DNA of 64,000 nucleotides from an uncultured bacterium (GCA_963735925.1 CAVTMT010000005.1:59402-123401); one strand, 5' to 3'; counted from the first letter of the stretch, positions 29,318 to 43,051 are shown. Program-made: numbers and translations. Notes: generated from the sequence alone by a model not told the origin.

Positions 29318-31462
29318 ATGAAGCGACCGTCGCCCAAAAACTACGTCAACCGCGAGTTGAGCTGGCTGGAGTTCAACCAACGGGTGCTCGATGAGGTGCT
29401 TGACCGGACGAACCCGTTGCTCGAGCGCGTGAAGTTCTTCGCCATCGTAAGCTCCAATCTCGACGAGTTCTTCGAGGTGCGCGTGGCGGGGTTGAAGCAA
29501 CAGGTGGCCAGCGCGGCGAACGAGCGCGGACCCGACGGGTTGACGCCCGGCGAAACGTTGCGGGCCATCGCGACGCGCGTCCGGCGGATGGTCGCCGCGC
29601 AGTACCAGGTCTGGCGCGACCAACTCGTGCCCGCCCTGGCGAAGCGCCGCATCCGGTTTCTCGATCCGGCCGCGCTCCCCAGCTCGGACCGGGAGTGGTT
29701 GGATGCGTTTTACCGGGCGCAGGTGCAACCCGTGCTCACGCCGCTGGCCATCGATCCGGCCCATCCGTTTCCCCGGCTACGCAACAAATCCCTCAACCTC
29801 ATCGTCCAGGCGCGACGCCCCGGCACCAAGAAGACCCGTCACCGCCTGCTGGTGGTGCAGGTGCCCCGCGTCCTGCCCCGGCTCATCGAACTCCCGCGTC
29901 CGGACGGCGAAAAGGCGTACCTCCTGTTGGAAAAGCTCATCGGACGCTATCTGGCGGACCTGGTGCCCGGCCAGGAAATCGAGGGCTGCTGGGCCTTCCG
30001 TGTGACCCGAAACAGCGAGTTGTACATCGACGAGGGCGATTCCGCCAACCTGCTCAAGGCCGTGGAAAACGAGGTCCACAACCGGCTCAAAGGCGAGGCC
30101 GTGCGCCTCGAGGTCGAAGAGGGGTGTCCGCCGGCCGTCCGCGAAGACCTGCTGGCCACGCAGCGGCTCGCCCCCGACGACCTTTACCTGGTGAACGGTC
30201 CGATGAACCCGTCACGCCTGATGACGCTCTGCTCGAGCATCGACCAGCCCGAGTTGCACGACCCGGCGTTCCTCGCGCCGGTCGCACCCGCCCTGCGCGG
30301 GCAGGCGGACCTGTTCGCCGCCATTCGGCGGGGCGACATCCTCTTGCACCACCCCTACGAGACCTTCGAGAGCGTCGTCACATTCCTCCAGCAAGCCGCC
30401 GCGGACCCGCAGGTGCTGGCGATCAAGCAAACGTTGTATCGCACGGGCGGGGACCCGCGAATCATCGGGGCGCTGATGGATGCGGTGCGAAACGGCAAAC
30501 AGGTGACGGCCGTGGTCGAACTCAAGGCCCGCTTCGACGAGTCCAACAACATCCGCTGGGCCCGCCAGCTCGAAGACGCCGGCGTGCACGTCATTTACGG
30601 CATCGTCGGGTACAAGATCCATTGCAAGACCACCTTGGTCGTGCGGCGCGACGAGGACGGCCTCCGCCGCTACCTGCACTTGGGCACGGGCAACTACAAC
30701 CCCGTCACCGCGCGCATCTACACCGACCTGGGCCTGCTGACCTGCCGGCCGGATTTGGGCGAGGACGCCACGAATCTCTTCAATCTCATCACCGGCCTCT
30801 GCCAATACCAGGGCATGCGCAAGCTCCTGGTCGCCCCGTTTGACCTGTTGACCCGCCTGCTGGAGAAGATCCGGCGCGAGACCGAGCACGCCCGGCGCGG
30901 CCTCCCGGCGCGCATCATCGCCAAGATGAACGCACTGGTGCTCCCCGAACTCATCGATGCCCTCTATGAGGCGTCCCAGGCGGGCGTGAAGGTGGACCTG
31001 ATTGTGCGCGGCATCTGCTGCCTGCGGCCGGGCGTGCGGGGTCTGAGCGAGCACATCACCGTGCGCAGCATTGTGGGCCGCTTCCTCGAACACAGCCGGG
31101 TGTTCTACTTCGAAAACGCGTGCCAGCCGGAAATCTTCCTCGGCAGCGCCGACTGGATGCCGCGGAACCTGTACAAGCGGATCGAAGTCGTCTTCCCGAT
31201 CGAGGATGGCAACCTGCGGGAACGGATTCTGAACGAACTGCTCGACGTGCAACTGGCCGACAACGTGAAAGCCCGGTTCATCCGGGCGGACGGCACCCAT
31301 CGCCGGGTCACGGTGCGGCGCGGCGAACGACGCTTGAACAGTCAGGAGGAACTGATCGGGCGGGCCCAGGCGGGGGCGGTCGCCGACGTCGGGGTGACTC
31401 CGGCCGCGGTCCGACGCAACCGGCTCACCCCCCTGCCCCGGCGGGCTGCGCCACCGGTCTGA
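29318..31462 (+). CDS. ppk1: Polyphosphate kinase 1
   Basis: NRELSWLEFN, SNLDEFFEVRVAGL, LLHHPY, ELKARFDE, GTGNYN, FLEHSR, SADWMPRN. Confidence 0.97.
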   Translation: MKRPSPKNYVNRELSWLEFNQRVLDEVLDRTNPLLERVKFFAIVSSNLDEFFEVRVAGLKQQVASAANERGPDGLTPGETLRAIATRVRRMVAAQYQVWRDQLVPALAKRRIRFLDPAALPSSDREWLDAFYRAQVQPVLTPLAIDPAHPFPRLRNKSLNLIVQARRPGTKKTRHRLLVVQVPRVLPRLIELPRPDGEKAYLLLEKLIGRYLADLVPGQEIEGCWAFRVTRNSELYIDEGDSANLLKAVENEVHNRLKGEAVRLEVEEGCPPAVREDLLATQRLAPDDLYLVNGPMNPSRLMTLCSSIDQPELHDPAFLAPVAPALRGQADLFAAIRRGDILLHHPYETFESVVTFLQQAAADPQVLAIKQTLYRTGGDPRIIGALMDAVRNGKQVTAVVELKARFDESNNIRWARQLEDAGVHVIYGIVGYKIHCKTTLVVRRDEDGLRRYLHLGTGNYNPVTARIYTDLGLLTCRPDLGEDATNLFNLITGLCQYQGMRKLLVAPFDLLTRLLEKIRRETEHARRGLPARIIAKMNALVLPELIDALYEASQAGVKVDLIVRGICCLRPGVRGLSEHITVRSIVGRFLEHSRVFYFENACQPEIFLGSADWMPRNLYKRIEVVFPIEDGNLRERILNELLDVQLADNVKARFIRADGTHRRVTVRRGERRLNSQEELIGRAQAGAVADVGVTPAAVRRNRLTPLPRRAAPPV

Positions 31463-31532
31463 GCCGCCGTGGACGGTTCGTGGCGGCGCGCAACCGCGCG
31501 GGTGGGGCACCCGGGCTGCGGACGCGGATTGG

Positions 31533-32288
31533 TCAGCGGGTGATGGGCCGCGCGTCCACATCCACGCCGTTTAGGCTGTTGTAAGCAAAATCGTCAAACA
31601 TCGTTTCGCTGTCAGCTTTGGTCCAAAGTCCGACCAGGCCGGCCTCGCCAAACGTCGAATCCTCGACCTCAAACCGCTTTCGGTCGTCCAGAAAGACCGT
31701 GTGCAAGCCCCCGACGAACTCGACCCGCAGCGTGTGCCAGACCATCGGTGCGACCGGCACTTCCACGCCGTAGCCACCGCTGCGCCCAACGATGTCGAGC
31801 GCCTTGCGCTGGCCGGCTTCCACCTTGTAGAGCACCAAGTTGTTTTCGAGCGCATTCGCCCGGCAGACGTAATAGTTTTGGGCATCCTGCGCCCGCCACA
31901 CCACGCCGCCGGCCTGGTCCTTCATGCCCGTAATGGCTTTGAACTTCACCTCCAAGTAGCCGTCGCGAACGCGGCTGCCGGTCTTGAGGCAGAGCGGAAA
32001 GGTCGCCACGCCGGATTGCTTGAGCACGTTCGGCGAACTGGGCGCCCAAGGGTCGCGTTCCACGCTCCACTGCGGCTGGCCCGTGCCGGTCAAAGTCGCC
32101 TCCCATCCCGACGGGACATTGCCAGCCGCGGTCGTGTCGAAGCGCTCCATCTCGGCCGGCGATGGGCTGGGGCTACCGGCGAGGTCGCTGGGATGCGTGA
32201 GTCGGGCCGGATCGGAGCCCTGCGCTTCGGCCGGCACGACCGGCAGCGCGAGCGATGCCAGAAGAATCCAAAGCCATCCGAGTTTCAT
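31533..32288 (-). CDS. Secreted concanavalin-like (DUF1080-like) protein
   Basis: Signal peptide, DQAGGVVWR, NYYVCRANALENN, GLWTKADSETMFDD. Confidence 0.7.
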   Translation of the reverse strand: MKLGWLWILLASLALPVVPAEAQGSDPARLTHPSDLAGSPSPSPAEMERFDTTAAGNVPSGWEATLTGTGQPQWSVERDPWAPSSPNVLKQSGVATFPLCLKTGSRVRDGYLEVKFKAITGMKDQAGGVVWRAQDAQNYYVCRANALENNLVLYKVEAGQRKALDIVGRSGGYGVEVPVAPMVWHTLRVEFVGGLHTVFLDDRKRFEVEDSTFGEAGLVGLWTKADSETMFDDFAYNSLNGVDVDARPITR

Positions 32289-32556
32289 GGCCCTCAGATT
32301 CACCCGGTTCACGGCAAAAGGGAAGTACCCAGACAATCGGGTGGTGTCCCTATCTGGTGGCGGCGGTGCAGCAGCAGCGCCCTGCGTCGCCGCCGGGGCG
32401 CAGCCACCCGTTCGAAATCAGGACACCACCGTCCATCGTGGTCCGCCGGCAGGAGGCGGGGCCGCGCAGAGCTCCAAATCGCATACGGATGCGGCTGCAC
32501 CCGCCGTGGAGAAGGAATCCTTTTCAACTGTTCGGCGTCAGCGTAGGCTGCCCGCC

Positions 32557-33926
32557 ATGTCAACACACCCATCGTCTCGTCCGGCTCCTCCGGCCGGAGA
32601 ATTCCCGTCCGCGACCGCCGGCAGCCCGCTGAGCCGGCGCCAATTCCTGACCCGCGCCGCCCTCGCCGGCGGGGCCGCGGCCGTGCCCCTGATCGTTCCC
32701 GCGTCCGTCCTCGGCCGGGACGGCGCCGTGCCCCCCAGCGAAAAGATCGTCCTGGGCGGCATCGGCATCGGCAACCGCGGTTCGGACGACCTGCGCTGGA
32801 TGTTGCCGGAGAAGGACGTGCAGTTCGTCGCGATTGCGATCCGCAGAAGGCCCGCCGCGAGGCCGTGAAGAAGATCGTCGATGCGAAGTATGGCAACAAC
32901 GACTTCCAACTGTACCGCGACATCCGCGAGTTCCTGGCGACGCGCACCGACATCGACGCGGTGTTGAGCACCACCGGCGACCGCTGGCACTCCTTGATGG
33001 CGGTCTGGGCGATGCGCGCGGGCAAGGACGTGTATTCCGAGAAGCCGTCGTCCATGACCATCGCCGAGGGCCAGGCGGTGGTGGAGACGGCGCGGCGCTA
33101 CGGCCGGGTTTATCAGACCGGCACGCAGCGGCTGAGCGAGGCGAACTTCGTCTTCGCCATCGAACTGGCCGCAGCGGCCGGTTGGGCAAGGTCCACACCG
33201 CGTACGCCCACATTGCGCCGTGGGACGCCGCGGAGATGCGCCACGACTGGCTGCCCGGCCAACCCGAGCCGCCCAAGGCCGAGTGGATTGGGACCAGTGG
33301 CTCGGCCCGTGTCCGTGGCGACCTTACAACGCGGAGTACTGCCGCGGCGGCTGGCGCGGCCACTACGATTTCCACACCAGTTGCATCGGCGAATGGGGCG
33401 CACACACCTTCGCCCAGGCCAGGCCGGGCTCGATTTGCTGCGAGCACCTCGCCGGTCGCATTACGAGTACGTGAACAACCCCACCGGCGACGGCATGGTC
33501 ACACACTTCGCCAACGGCGCGAAGATGATCCTCTCACGCGGCGACAAGTACTGGCACGGCTCCTGTGGCGTGCGGTTCGACGGGCCCGAAGGCTGGGTCT
33601 CCGTCGCCGACGGCTACTCGCGAGCCGGAAGTCTCGAATCCCCGCCTCGCTGGCCGACTTCGGCAAGATCGTCAACGACTACATCGCGCGCACCCAGCGC
33701 CCGATGAGCCACGTCCGCAATTTCCTCGAACTGCATCAAGTCGCGGCGCCCGACCGTGGCCAATCCGGTGGTGATGCACCGCTCCATGTCCACCGTGCAC
33801 GCGGCCAACATCTGCATGTGGCTCAAACGCGACATGAAGTACGACCCGGTCAAGGAGGAGTTCGTCAACGACGTGGAGGCCAACCGCCTCCGTTCCCGCG
33901 CCATGCGTGAGCCGTACATTTTCTAA
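32557..33926 (+). pseudogene. Tat-exported Gfo/Idh/MocA oxidoreductase, frameshifted (probable assembly indels)
   Basis: SRRQFL Tat motif, GGIGIGNRG, DRWH, DVYSEKP, QTGTQR, WDQWLGP, EWGAH and terminal MREPYIF* lie in different frames. Confidence 0.85.
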
Positions 33927-33963
33927 GACCAGGCCCCCAATACCCACCCAAGGAATCAAGACT

Positions 33964-35931
33964 ATGAAGTCAAATCACTCGCTCCTCGCCCTGGCCTTCA
34001 CCCTCGCGGTCAGTGCCGCGCTCGCCCAGGATCCCACCCCGCTCGTCACGCAAGGACCGGACCAACTGGTCGCCGTGCTCAAATCCGACGCGGGGCGCAA
34101 GGCCAAGGCCGACGCCTGCCGCGAACTGGCCGTGGTCGGCGGCCCGGAAGCCGTGCCGACGCTGGTCGGCCTGCTCCCGAATCCGGAAATGAACCACATG
34201 GCGCGCTACGCCTTGGAAACCATGCCTGACCCGGCCGTGTCCGATGCCTTGCGCGACCAACTCGGCAAGCTCAAGGGCCTGCCCCTCGTGGGCGTCATCG
34301 GCAGCCTCGGCGTGCGGAAGGACGCCAAAGCCGTCGAACCGCTGGCGGCGTTGCTGGCGGACAGCGACCCGGAAGTCGTCCGGGCGGCGGCACGGGCCCT
34401 GGGCAGCATCGGCACTCCCGCGGCAGCCCAGGCGCTGAAGGATGGGTTGTCCAACGTGACCGAAGACAACCTGCTGGCGTTCTGCGAAGGCTTTGCGCGC
34501 TGCGCCGAAGCGCTGGCCGCGAGCGGTCAACGCGATCAGGCGCTCGAAATCTACGGCGAGGCCTACAAAGACGACCGCCTGCCGCATCAAGTCCGGGCCG
34601 CGGCGTTAAGAGGCGCGGTGTTGCTGCGCGGCAAGGACGGATTGCCGATCCTCCGCGAAGCGCTGCACAGCGACGATTACACCCAGTTCGCGACGGCCAA
34701 CCGCATCGCCATGGAGATGCCCGGGCCGGAGGTGACGGCGTTGTTGTGTGACGAACTGGCCAAACTCAAGACCGACGAACAGGTGGTGGTCATCGGCACC
34801 CTGGCCGAGCGGGGCGACCCGGCGGCGTTGCCGGTGCTCGTGGCGGCCATCCAAAGCGGAGCCAAAGACGTCCGGATCGCCGCCATCCGTGCGTTGGCAC
34901 GCATCCCGCGCGCCGATTCCGTGCCCACGCTGGTCAAGCTCTTGACCGATGGTGACCGGGAGGCGGCGCAGGCGACCAAGGAAAGCCTGGCCAGTTTCGC
35001 CGACCCGGCGGCGGATGCGGCCATTGCCGGTCTCCTGGCCAGCAATCGCACCGGCGACCGGCTCACCGCCGTGGACCTGATCGGCCGACGCCGCTCGCTC
35101 GGGAGCGTGCCGGACCTGTTCAAAGCCACCGGTGACGCCGATGCGGATGTGCGCTCGGCCGCGCTGAAGCAGATTGGCGATCTGGGCGGCCCGGGCGAAG
35201 TGCCGAAGGTCATCGAGGTCCTGGTCTCGACCAAGGAAGCTCGCGATCGCGGCGCCGCCGAACAGGCCCTGGTCACGTTGTGCGGCCGGGCCGAGGATTC
35301 GCAGGCCAGTGCGGCCGCCATCTCCGGCGCCCTCGCGCAGGCCCAACCCGAGGCGAAGAGCGCGCTGCTCAACGTCCTCGCCTCGCTCGGCGGGCCGGGC
35401 GCTCTCCAGGCGGTTTCGGCCGCCGCGAAAGACAGCGACGCCCAGGTTCGCGGCGCGGCCATTCGGGCGCTGAGTTCCTGGAAGACGGCGGATGCGGCGC
35501 CCGCCTTGTTCGATCTCGCCCGCCAGGCGAGGAACGACACCGACAAGACCCTCACCTTGACGGGTTATCTCACGCTGGCTGCCAACACCGACCTGCCCGC
35601 GCCGCAGCGCCTGGAAATGTGCCGGCAGGCCGCGGGTCTGGTGACGAAGACGGGCGAGAAGAACCTGCTGCTCGCGGCATTGGGGGCACTGCCGTCGATG
35701 GACGCGCTGCCCTTGGCGCTGCCTTATCTCGATGACGCGGCCACGCGCGATGCGGCGGGCGCGGCGGTGCTGACGATCAGCGAGAAGCTCCTCCAGGACC
35801 AGACATCGGCGGCCACCGCCGCGGGCCTGATCGAGCCACTGCAAAAGGTCGCCCAGGTGACGACCAACGCCGACCTGGCAAAGCGCGCGAAAGCCCTCAC
35901 CCAGCGGGCCCAGGCCAAAGCCGGCAAATAG
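33964..35931 (+). CDS. Secreted HEAT/PBS-lyase repeat protein
   Basis: Signal peptide, KADACREL, ARYALE, and repeated DxxVRxAAxxAL. Confidence 0.85.
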   Translation: MKSNHSLLALAFTLAVSAALAQDPTPLVTQGPDQLVAVLKSDAGRKAKADACRELAVVGGPEAVPTLVGLLPNPEMNHMARYALETMPDPAVSDALRDQLGKLKGLPLVGVIGSLGVRKDAKAVEPLAALLADSDPEVVRAAARALGSIGTPAAAQALKDGLSNVTEDNLLAFCEGFARCAEALAASGQRDQALEIYGEAYKDDRLPHQVRAAALRGAVLLRGKDGLPILREALHSDDYTQFATANRIAMEMPGPEVTALLCDELAKLKTDEQVVVIGTLAERGDPAALPVLVAAIQSGAKDVRIAAIRALARIPRADSVPTLVKLLTDGDREAAQATKESLASFADPAADAAIAGLLASNRTGDRLTAVDLIGRRRSLGSVPDLFKATGDADADVRSAALKQIGDLGGPGEVPKVIEVLVSTKEARDRGAAEQALVTLCGRAEDSQASAAAISGALAQAQPEAKSALLNVLASLGGPGALQAVSAAAKDSDAQVRGAAIRALSSWKTADAAPALFDLARQARNDTDKTLTLTGYLTLAANTDLPAPQRLEMCRQAAGLVTKTGEKNLLLAALGALPSMDALPLALPYLDDAATRDAAGAAVLTISEKLLQDQTSAATAAGLIEPLQKVAQVTTNADLAKRAKALTQRAQAKAGK

Positions 35932-36299
35932 CGGGCAGCCCCGCGAGTTTGGTTGGCGCAACGAATTCAGCCACCGCTCTCCCCACCGCCGCCCGGGCGA
36001 AGGGAGAGCGGTGTTTTCATTCGCCCGCCCGGCGTCGCCGCCTGGAAAGTGGCGCACAACGGCCGGGATTCCGACGCCCGGCGGTTTGCCTCCGGCCGCC
36101 CATGACCGAAGCACACAGGGGCCGGGTCCGGGGGCCGGTCCTGACCCGGAATCTCCGGCTTGGATGGCTCTCCTGGAGGGGCGCCGGTGCCGGTGGGCTA
36201 AAGCGGGCCGGCAAGATCAGGCTTCCCAGAAGGCCCGCGTTCTGGCTTGATCAACCGATTGAATTCGCCGGCCCGCCGGCCAAGCCCTGTTTACAAACC

Positions 36300-37523
36300 A
36301 TGTTGCCACCGCATTCCACCCTCCCCACCGTTCTCGTCCGTCCCGGCGAAGCCGACCGTCTGGTCGCCGGACATCCCTGGCTTTACGAAGGAGGCGTCCT
36401 GCGCCTGACCCAGGCGGTCACCGACGGCGAGGTCGTCCAGGTCAAAGACCATCGCCAGCGCTTTCTCGGCGTGGGCTTCTACAACTCGAAATCCAAGCTC
36501 CGGGTCCGGCTGCTCTCCGCCGAACGCGAACCGCTCGACGCGGCGTTCTTCGAGCGACGCATCCGCGAAGCGCTCGCGCTGCGCCGCAAGTACCTGCCGG
36601 ACGCCACCTCGTTCCGGGTGGTGAACGCCGAGAGCGACCGGCTCAGCGGGCTGATCGTGGACAAGTACGGCGATGTCCTGGTCCTCCAGACCTCGTCGCT
36701 GGGGATGGACCGGCGCAAGCCGCTGATCGCGGACGTGCTCCAGCGGGTGCTCGAGCCGCGCGCGATCACCGAGCGCAACGACAGTTCCGGCCGGCGGTTC
36801 GAAGGCTTGCCCGAGGCGCACGGGTTGCTGGCCGGCGAGCTGGCCGGCGAGGTTGAAATCGAGTTGAACGGCTTGAAGTTCCAGGTGGACCTGCTGAGCG
36901 GGCACAAGACCGGATTGTATCTGGACCAGCAGGTGAACCATGCGCGGGTCGCGGACTTGATCCGGCTGACCCCGAACGCGCAGGTGCTCGATTGCTTCAG
37001 CTTCGTCGGCGGCTTTGGCTTGTCCGCCGCCCGAGCGGGCGCGGCGCATGTCCACCTGCTCGACCAGAGCGAAGAGGTGCTGGCGACGGCCCGCCGGCAC
37101 GCCGAGGCCAACGGCCTGGCCGACCGCTGCTCCTTCGAAGCCACGAACGTGTTCGACTGGCTCAAGGCGCGCACCGCGCGGGGCCCGCACGAGCAGCTCA
37201 TCGCGCCTTTCGACGCGATCATCCTGGACCCGCCTTCGTTTACGCGGACCCGCTCGGCGGTGGGCGACGCGCTGCGCGGGTATAAGGAGATTCACCTGCG
37301 GGCCTTGCGGCTCCTGAAGCCGGGCGGGCTGCTGGCGACCTTCTGCTGCTCGCACCACGTCGATGCCGGGACCTTTCAGGACGTGATCCTGTCGGCGGCG
37401 TTCGACGCGAAGCGGACGCTGCGGCGCGTGGCGGTCTTCCAGCAATCGCCGGATCACCCCGTGCTGCCGGCGATTCCCGAGACGGAGTATCTGAAAGGCT
37501 ACGCTTTCGAGGTGATCTCCTGA
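36300..37523 (+). CDS. rlmI: RlmI-like class I SAM-dependent rRNA methyltransferase
   Basis: GHPWLY PUA domain, [42 protein letters not shown]. Confidence 0.85.
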   Translation: MLPPHSTLPTVLVRPGEADRLVAGHPWLYEGGVLRLTQAVTDGEVVQVKDHRQRFLGVGFYNSKSKLRVRLLSAEREPLDAAFFERRIREALALRRKYLPDATSFRVVNAESDRLSGLIVDKYGDVLVLQTSSLGMDRRKPLIADVLQRVLEPRAITERNDSSGRRFEGLPEAHGLLAGELAGEVEIELNGLKFQVDLLSGHKTGLYLDQQVNHARVADLIRLTPNAQVLDCFSFVGGFGLSAARAGAAHVHLLDQSEEVLATARRHAEANGLADRCSFEATNVFDWLKARTARGPHEQLIAPFDAIILDPPSFTRTRSAVGDALRGYKEIHLRALRLLKPGGLLATFCCSHHVDAGTFQDVILSAAFDAKRTLRRVAVFQQSPDHPVLPAIPETEYLKGYAFEVIS

Positions 37524-37626
37524 CGGGGCGGACCCGGCTGAGCTCGCGGCGCCGAGGGAAATAGCTTTACACCCCCGCAGGCGCCTCCTACTTTCTCGCT
37601 TCTATTTGGAAGTTCACTCGAACGGT

Positions 37627-37884
37627 ATGGAATCGAAGAGCAAGACGATCGCCGACTTTCGCATCCACGAGAAGGACACCGGGTCCGCAGATGTGCAGGT
37701 GGCCCTGTTGACGCACCGGATCAATCAGTTGACGGAGCATCTGCAGAAATTCAAGAAGGACCACAGCTCGCGCCGTGGATTGTTGATGATGGTCAGCCAG
37801 CGCCGGCGGCTGCTGGATTACCTCCAAACCACCGATCATGATCGGTATCAGGCGGTGACCAAGCGGCTGAAGCTGCGTCGCTAG
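37627..37884 (+). CDS. rpsO: 30S ribosomal protein S15
   Basis: [31 protein letters not shown]. Confidence 0.98.
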   Translation: MESKSKTIADFRIHEKDTGSADVQVALLTHRINQLTEHLQKFKKDHSSRRGLLMMVSQRRRLLDYLQTTDHDRYQAVTKRLKLRR

Positions 37885-38113
37885 TGGCGCCGGTGGCGCT
37901 CTCGGTTCGCGTTTGAGCGCGGACTTCAGCGCTGCCAGCCTGCCCGCCGGACGGGCAGGCGGGGACGGCATCCGCGCGAGTCGTTCCCATCGGCAGCCAC
38001 AAACCCGATCGCGCACAACAAGACCCGTTGGCTTTGGGAAATTTCATTCAGCTCCTCGTCCGGGGGGTTGACTGAAGTTCCTCCAGGCCGACGGGTCGCG
38101 GTTCATCGTAGAT

Positions 38114-40627
38114 ATGCCAGAAAAAGTAACGATCCCAGTCGGATCCCAGCAGATTCACATTGAAACCGGTCGTCTGGCCAAGCAGGCCGACGGCTCGGTC
38201 ACGGTTCAACTCGGAGAAACCATCGTTGTGGTGGCGGCCGTGGCGGCCATCGCGCCCCGCGAAGGCCAGGAGTTCTTCCCGCTCACCGTCGATTATCGCG
38301 AAAAGGCGGCGGCGGTGGGGCGCTTCCCCGGCGGCTACTTCAAACGCGAAGGCCGGCCCACCGAGAAGGAAATCCTCACCTGCCGCATGACGGATCGGCC
38401 CATCCGGCCGTTGTTCCCGAAGGGCTGGTTCAACGAAGTCCAGGTGCAGAGCATCCTGCTCAGTGCCGACGGCGAGAACGACCCCGACGTCCTCAGCATC
38501 ATTGGCGCCTCGGCGGCGCTGATGGTCAGCGACATCCCCTGGGCCGGCCCGCTTGGCGCGGTGCGCGTGGGCCGGGTCAACGGTCAGTTCGTGGCCAATC
38601 CCACCCACAACCAGCGGAACGAGAGCGATCTGGATCTGGTCTATGTCGGCAGCGAGAGCGAGTTGGTCATGTTCGAGGGCGCGGCCAAGGAGATCAGCGA
38701 AGCGGACTTCGCCGCCGCGCTGCAATTCGGCCACGCCTGCTGTCAGCCGATCATCACCGCCCAAAAGGAGCTCGCGGCCAAGGTCGGCAGACCCAAACGC
38801 GAGGCCAAGGTCACGGTCGTGCCCGATGAAATCCTTGCCGAGGCCAAGGCGCTGGCCGGCGACCGCGCGGTGCCGGCCCTGCTCACGCCGGGCAAGATGG
38901 CGCGCGAAGCCGCCTGGCGCCAGGTCACCGAAGAGGTGGGGGCCAGGCTGGTGGAGAAATTCACCGCGGAGAAGGTGACGCCGTTCGTCCTCAAGGACGT
39001 GTTCTACTACCTCCAGAAGGCGGCGGTTCGGGACCTGGTCATGAGCCAGGGCAAGCGCCTGGATGGTCGCGGCATGGACGAAGTGCGCCCCATCACCTGC
39101 GCCGCCGGCCTGCTGCCGCGCGCACACGGCTCGGCCCTGTTCAGCCGGGGCGAGACGCAGGCGCTGTGCCTCACCACGCTCGGGACGACCGAGGATTCCC
39201 AGGACCTGGATGCCTACACCGGGGGCGAAACCGAGAAGCAGTTCATCCTCCACTACAACTTCCCGAATTTCTCCGTCGGCGAAACCGGGCGCATCTCCGG
39301 CCCCGGCCGGCGCGAGATTGGCCACGGCTCTCTGGCGGAGCGGTCCATCGAACCCATGGTGCCGTTGAAGGAGTTCCCTTACGCGGTCCGGGTGACGAGT
39401 GAGATCATGGAATCGAACGGCTCGACGTCGATGGCGACCGTCTGCGCAGGCACGCTGGCCCTGCTGGACGCCGGCGTCCCGCTGGTCCGTCCCGTGGCGG
39501 GCATCAGCATCGGCGTCTGCACGGAATCCGGTCCGCAAGGCGCGATCGCGCGGCATCAGTTGCTGACCGACATCATCGGCTGGGAAGACGCGTTCTGCGA
39601 CATGGACTGCAAGATCGCCGGCACCGAGAAGGGCATCACCGGCTTCCAACTCGATTTGAAACTGCGCGGTCTGCCGCACCAAATCATGGCCGAAGCGATC
39701 GAGCGCGCCCGGGTCGCCCGCCTGAAGATTCTGGCCATCATGGCCGAGACGCTGGCCGCCCCGCGCCCGGAACTCAGCAAGTACGCCCCGCGCATCCTCA
39801 CCTTGAAGATCAACCAGGACAAGATCGGTGCCCTCATCGGTCCTGGCGGCAAGAACATCAAGCGCATCTGCGACGAGTCCGGTTGCGAGATCAACATCGA
39901 GGACGACGGCACCGTGAAGATCTACTCCCACAGCTCGGAAGGGATGGACATCGCCAAGCGCGAAGTCGAGGCGTTGAGCGCCGAGATCGAGGTGGGCAAG
40001 ATTTACCGGGGCAAGGTGGTCACGATCAAGGAATTCGGCTGCTTCGTCGAGGTGCTACCCGGCAAAGACGGGCTGGTCCACGTCAGCGAGCTGGCGAATT
40101 TCCGCGTCAAACAGGTCGAGGACATCGTCAAGCTCGGCGACGAGATCTCGGTCAAATGCCTCGGCGTGGACGAGAAGGGGCGCGTGCGCCTCTCGCGTCG
40201 CGCCGCCATGGAAGATCGCGACCGGCAGGAGCGGGACAAGGACGGCGGGCAAGCGGCCCCTTCCGAACCATTGGCTGAAGGCGGAGCGGAAAGTTCGTTC
40301 GAAGGCGATTCCCACGCCCCGCGAGGTGCGGATCGTCCGGCAGGAGATCGTTTCGCGGGGGAACGTCGCGAGGATCGACCTTCCGGTGAACGACGCGAAG
40401 ACCGACCTTCCGGTGAGCGTCGGGAGGATCGACCTTCCGGTGAACGGCGCGAAGATCGACCTTCCGGTGAACGGCGTGAAGACCGACCTTCCGGGGAGCG
40501 TCGTGAAGACCGGCCACCCGGTGAACGACGCGAAGATCGGCCGCCCGGAGAACGGCGTGAAGACCGTGACCGTCCTCCCGGCCCTCGTCCGCAAGGGGAC
40601 CGCCGTGGACCCCGGCGCGGCCGTTAG
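38114..40627 (+). CDS. pnp: Polyribonucleotide nucleotidyltransferase with long charged C-terminal tail
   Basis: [38 protein letters not shown] (IGPGGK) and S1 (GLVHVSE) domains. Confidence 0.98.
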   Translation: MPEKVTIPVGSQQIHIETGRLAKQADGSVTVQLGETIVVVAAVAAIAPREGQEFFPLTVDYREKAAAVGRFPGGYFKREGRPTEKEILTCRMTDRPIRPLFPKGWFNEVQVQSILLSADGENDPDVLSIIGASAALMVSDIPWAGPLGAVRVGRVNGQFVANPTHNQRNESDLDLVYVGSESELVMFEGAAKEISEADFAAALQFGHACCQPIITAQKELAAKVGRPKREAKVTVVPDEILAEAKALAGDRAVPALLTPGKMAREAAWRQVTEEVGARLVEKFTAEKVTPFVLKDVFYYLQKAAVRDLVMSQGKRLDGRGMDEVRPITCAAGLLPRAHGSALFSRGETQALCLTTLGTTEDSQDLDAYTGGETEKQFILHYNFPNFSVGETGRISGPGRREIGHGSLAERSIEPMVPLKEFPYAVRVTSEIMESNGSTSMATVCAGTLALLDAGVPLVRPVAGISIGVCTESGPQGAIARHQLLTDIIGWEDAFCDMDCKIAGTEKGITGFQLDLKLRGLPHQIMAEAIERARVARLKILAIMAETLAAPRPELSKYAPRILTLKINQDKIGALIGPGGKNIKRICDESGCEINIEDDGTVKIYSHSSEGMDIAKREVEALSAEIEVGKIYRGKVVTIKEFGCFVEVLPGKDGLVHVSELANFRVKQVEDIVKLGDEISVKCLGVDEKGRVRLSRRAAMEDRDRQERDKDGGQAAPSEPLAEGGAESSFEGDSHAPRGADRPAGDRFAGERREDRPSGERREDRPSGERREDRPSGERREDRPSGERREDRPSGERREDRPPGERREDRPPGERREDRDRPPGPRPQGDRRGPRRGR
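40358..40573 (+). repeat. 8 x 27-bp coding tandem repeat (GERREDRP[S/P]) in the PNPase tail
   Basis: Units such as ggtgaacgacgcgaagaccgaccttcc, differing mostly at synonymous positions. Confidence 0.92.
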
Positions 40628-40709
40628 CCTCCGTCAGTTTTCGCAAACTCCCCTGTCTGGCTCGCCGCTGCGCGACCGGACAGGGGAATTCGCTGTTTCG
40701 ACGCTCAGC

Positions 40710-41687
40710 TCAACGCCGGTAAAGCTGGATTCCATCCGTGATCGCCTCCGCCAACCGGGCGCGATATTTCGGGTCGGCGATCTTCCGCGCTTCGTCCGGG
40801 GCGCTCATGAATCCGCCTTCGACCAACACCGCCGGCATGGTGGCTTCGCGCAGGACCACGAACCGCGCGCGTTTCACTCCGCGGTCGGCCAGGCTCAAGC
40901 GGCGGATCAAAGACTTCTGAACCTGATAGGCCAGCCGCAGGCTTTGGGTGGCCGACCGGTCGCCCGGCAGCGGTTCGCTCGAGACCGCCGCGGCGGGGGA
41001 ATGCGTCGAGGCGGCGGTCGTCGGCGTCAGGCAAAAGACCTCCAAGCCGCGCGCGGTCGCGTCGTCGGTGCCGCGCGCGTTGAAATGGAGGCTGACGAAC
41101 AGGTCGGCGTGGGCGCGGTTGGCGACGGCGGCGCGTTCGGCGAGGTCCACATAGGTGTCGCGACTCCGGGTGAGCAACACCTTGAAACCGGCGGCCTGGA
41201 GTTTGGCGCGGAGTTGCTGGGCGAGCAGCAGCGTGTAGCGCTTTTCCTGCATCCCTCCCTCCTCATTCCCCGGGTCCCGGCCGCCGTGTCCGGGATCGAG
41301 CACGATCGTCCTGATCGCGCCGGCCGGACGGAAACGCGTGGGTCCGAGCAGCGGGGCCAGCACCGTCCGCACGTCCAGCGCCGCGATGTGGACCTTGTTG
41401 CCCTGGACCGTCACCGGCAGCGACAGCCACACCTTCACCCCGTTGACGATCGACTGCTGCGAATCCACGGCGAACACCAGCCGCGCGGTACGGTTGGTGA
41501 GCTGCATCAGCCGCGTCTTTTGATGCCAGGCGAAGTGGAACTCGTTCGCGCGGGCCCAGGCGGCGAGATCGTACCAATCGCGGCCCAGGAAATTCACGGC
41601 GCTCGGAGCGGTAGCGGCGGTGGCCGGCAACCCCGCCCTCAGGACCAGTCCCAAGCAGCAGAGCAGCAGATGATACGAGCGCTTCAC
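40710..41687 (-). CDS. N-acetylmuramoyl-L-alanine amidase (Amidase_3)
   Basis: Signal peptide, [29 protein letters not shown]. Start GTG 41687. Confidence 0.92.
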   Translation of the reverse strand: MKRSYHLLLCCLGLVLRAGLPATAATAPSAVNFLGRDWYDLAAWARANEFHFAWHQKTRLMQLTNRTARLVFAVDSQQSIVNGVKVWLSLPVTVQGNKVHIAALDVRTVLAPLLGPTRFRPAGAIRTIVLDPGHGGRDPGNEEGGMQEKRYTLLLAQQLRAKLQAAGFKVLLTRSRDTYVDLAERAAVANRAHADLFVSLHFNARGTDDATARGLEVFCLTPTTAASTHSPAAAVSSEPLPGDRSATQSLRLAYQVQKSLIRRLSLADRGVKRARFVVLREATMPAVLVEGGFMSAPDEARKIADPKYRARLAEAITDGIQLYRR

Positions 41688-41845
41688 GATGGCCCGACGC
41701 TGCCGGCCGGTCGCGGAGCGATCAAGCAAAACTGTGCCCGCCGCCACGGAGCGTCGCCCGGCGCGCAGACGGAACGCCGACGCCAGCGGGCATTTTGAAC
41801 GTTGAACGGGTCGGACCGTCCCGCCACACTGCGGCGGGTAATAAG

Positions 41846-43051
<1,206 letters not shown>

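Noticed and set aside
37938-37960. Hairpin in the rpsO-pnp spacer as a novel ncRNA
   Set aside because: A single 9-bp stem in a leader where terminator or processing hairpins are expected; not enough evidence.
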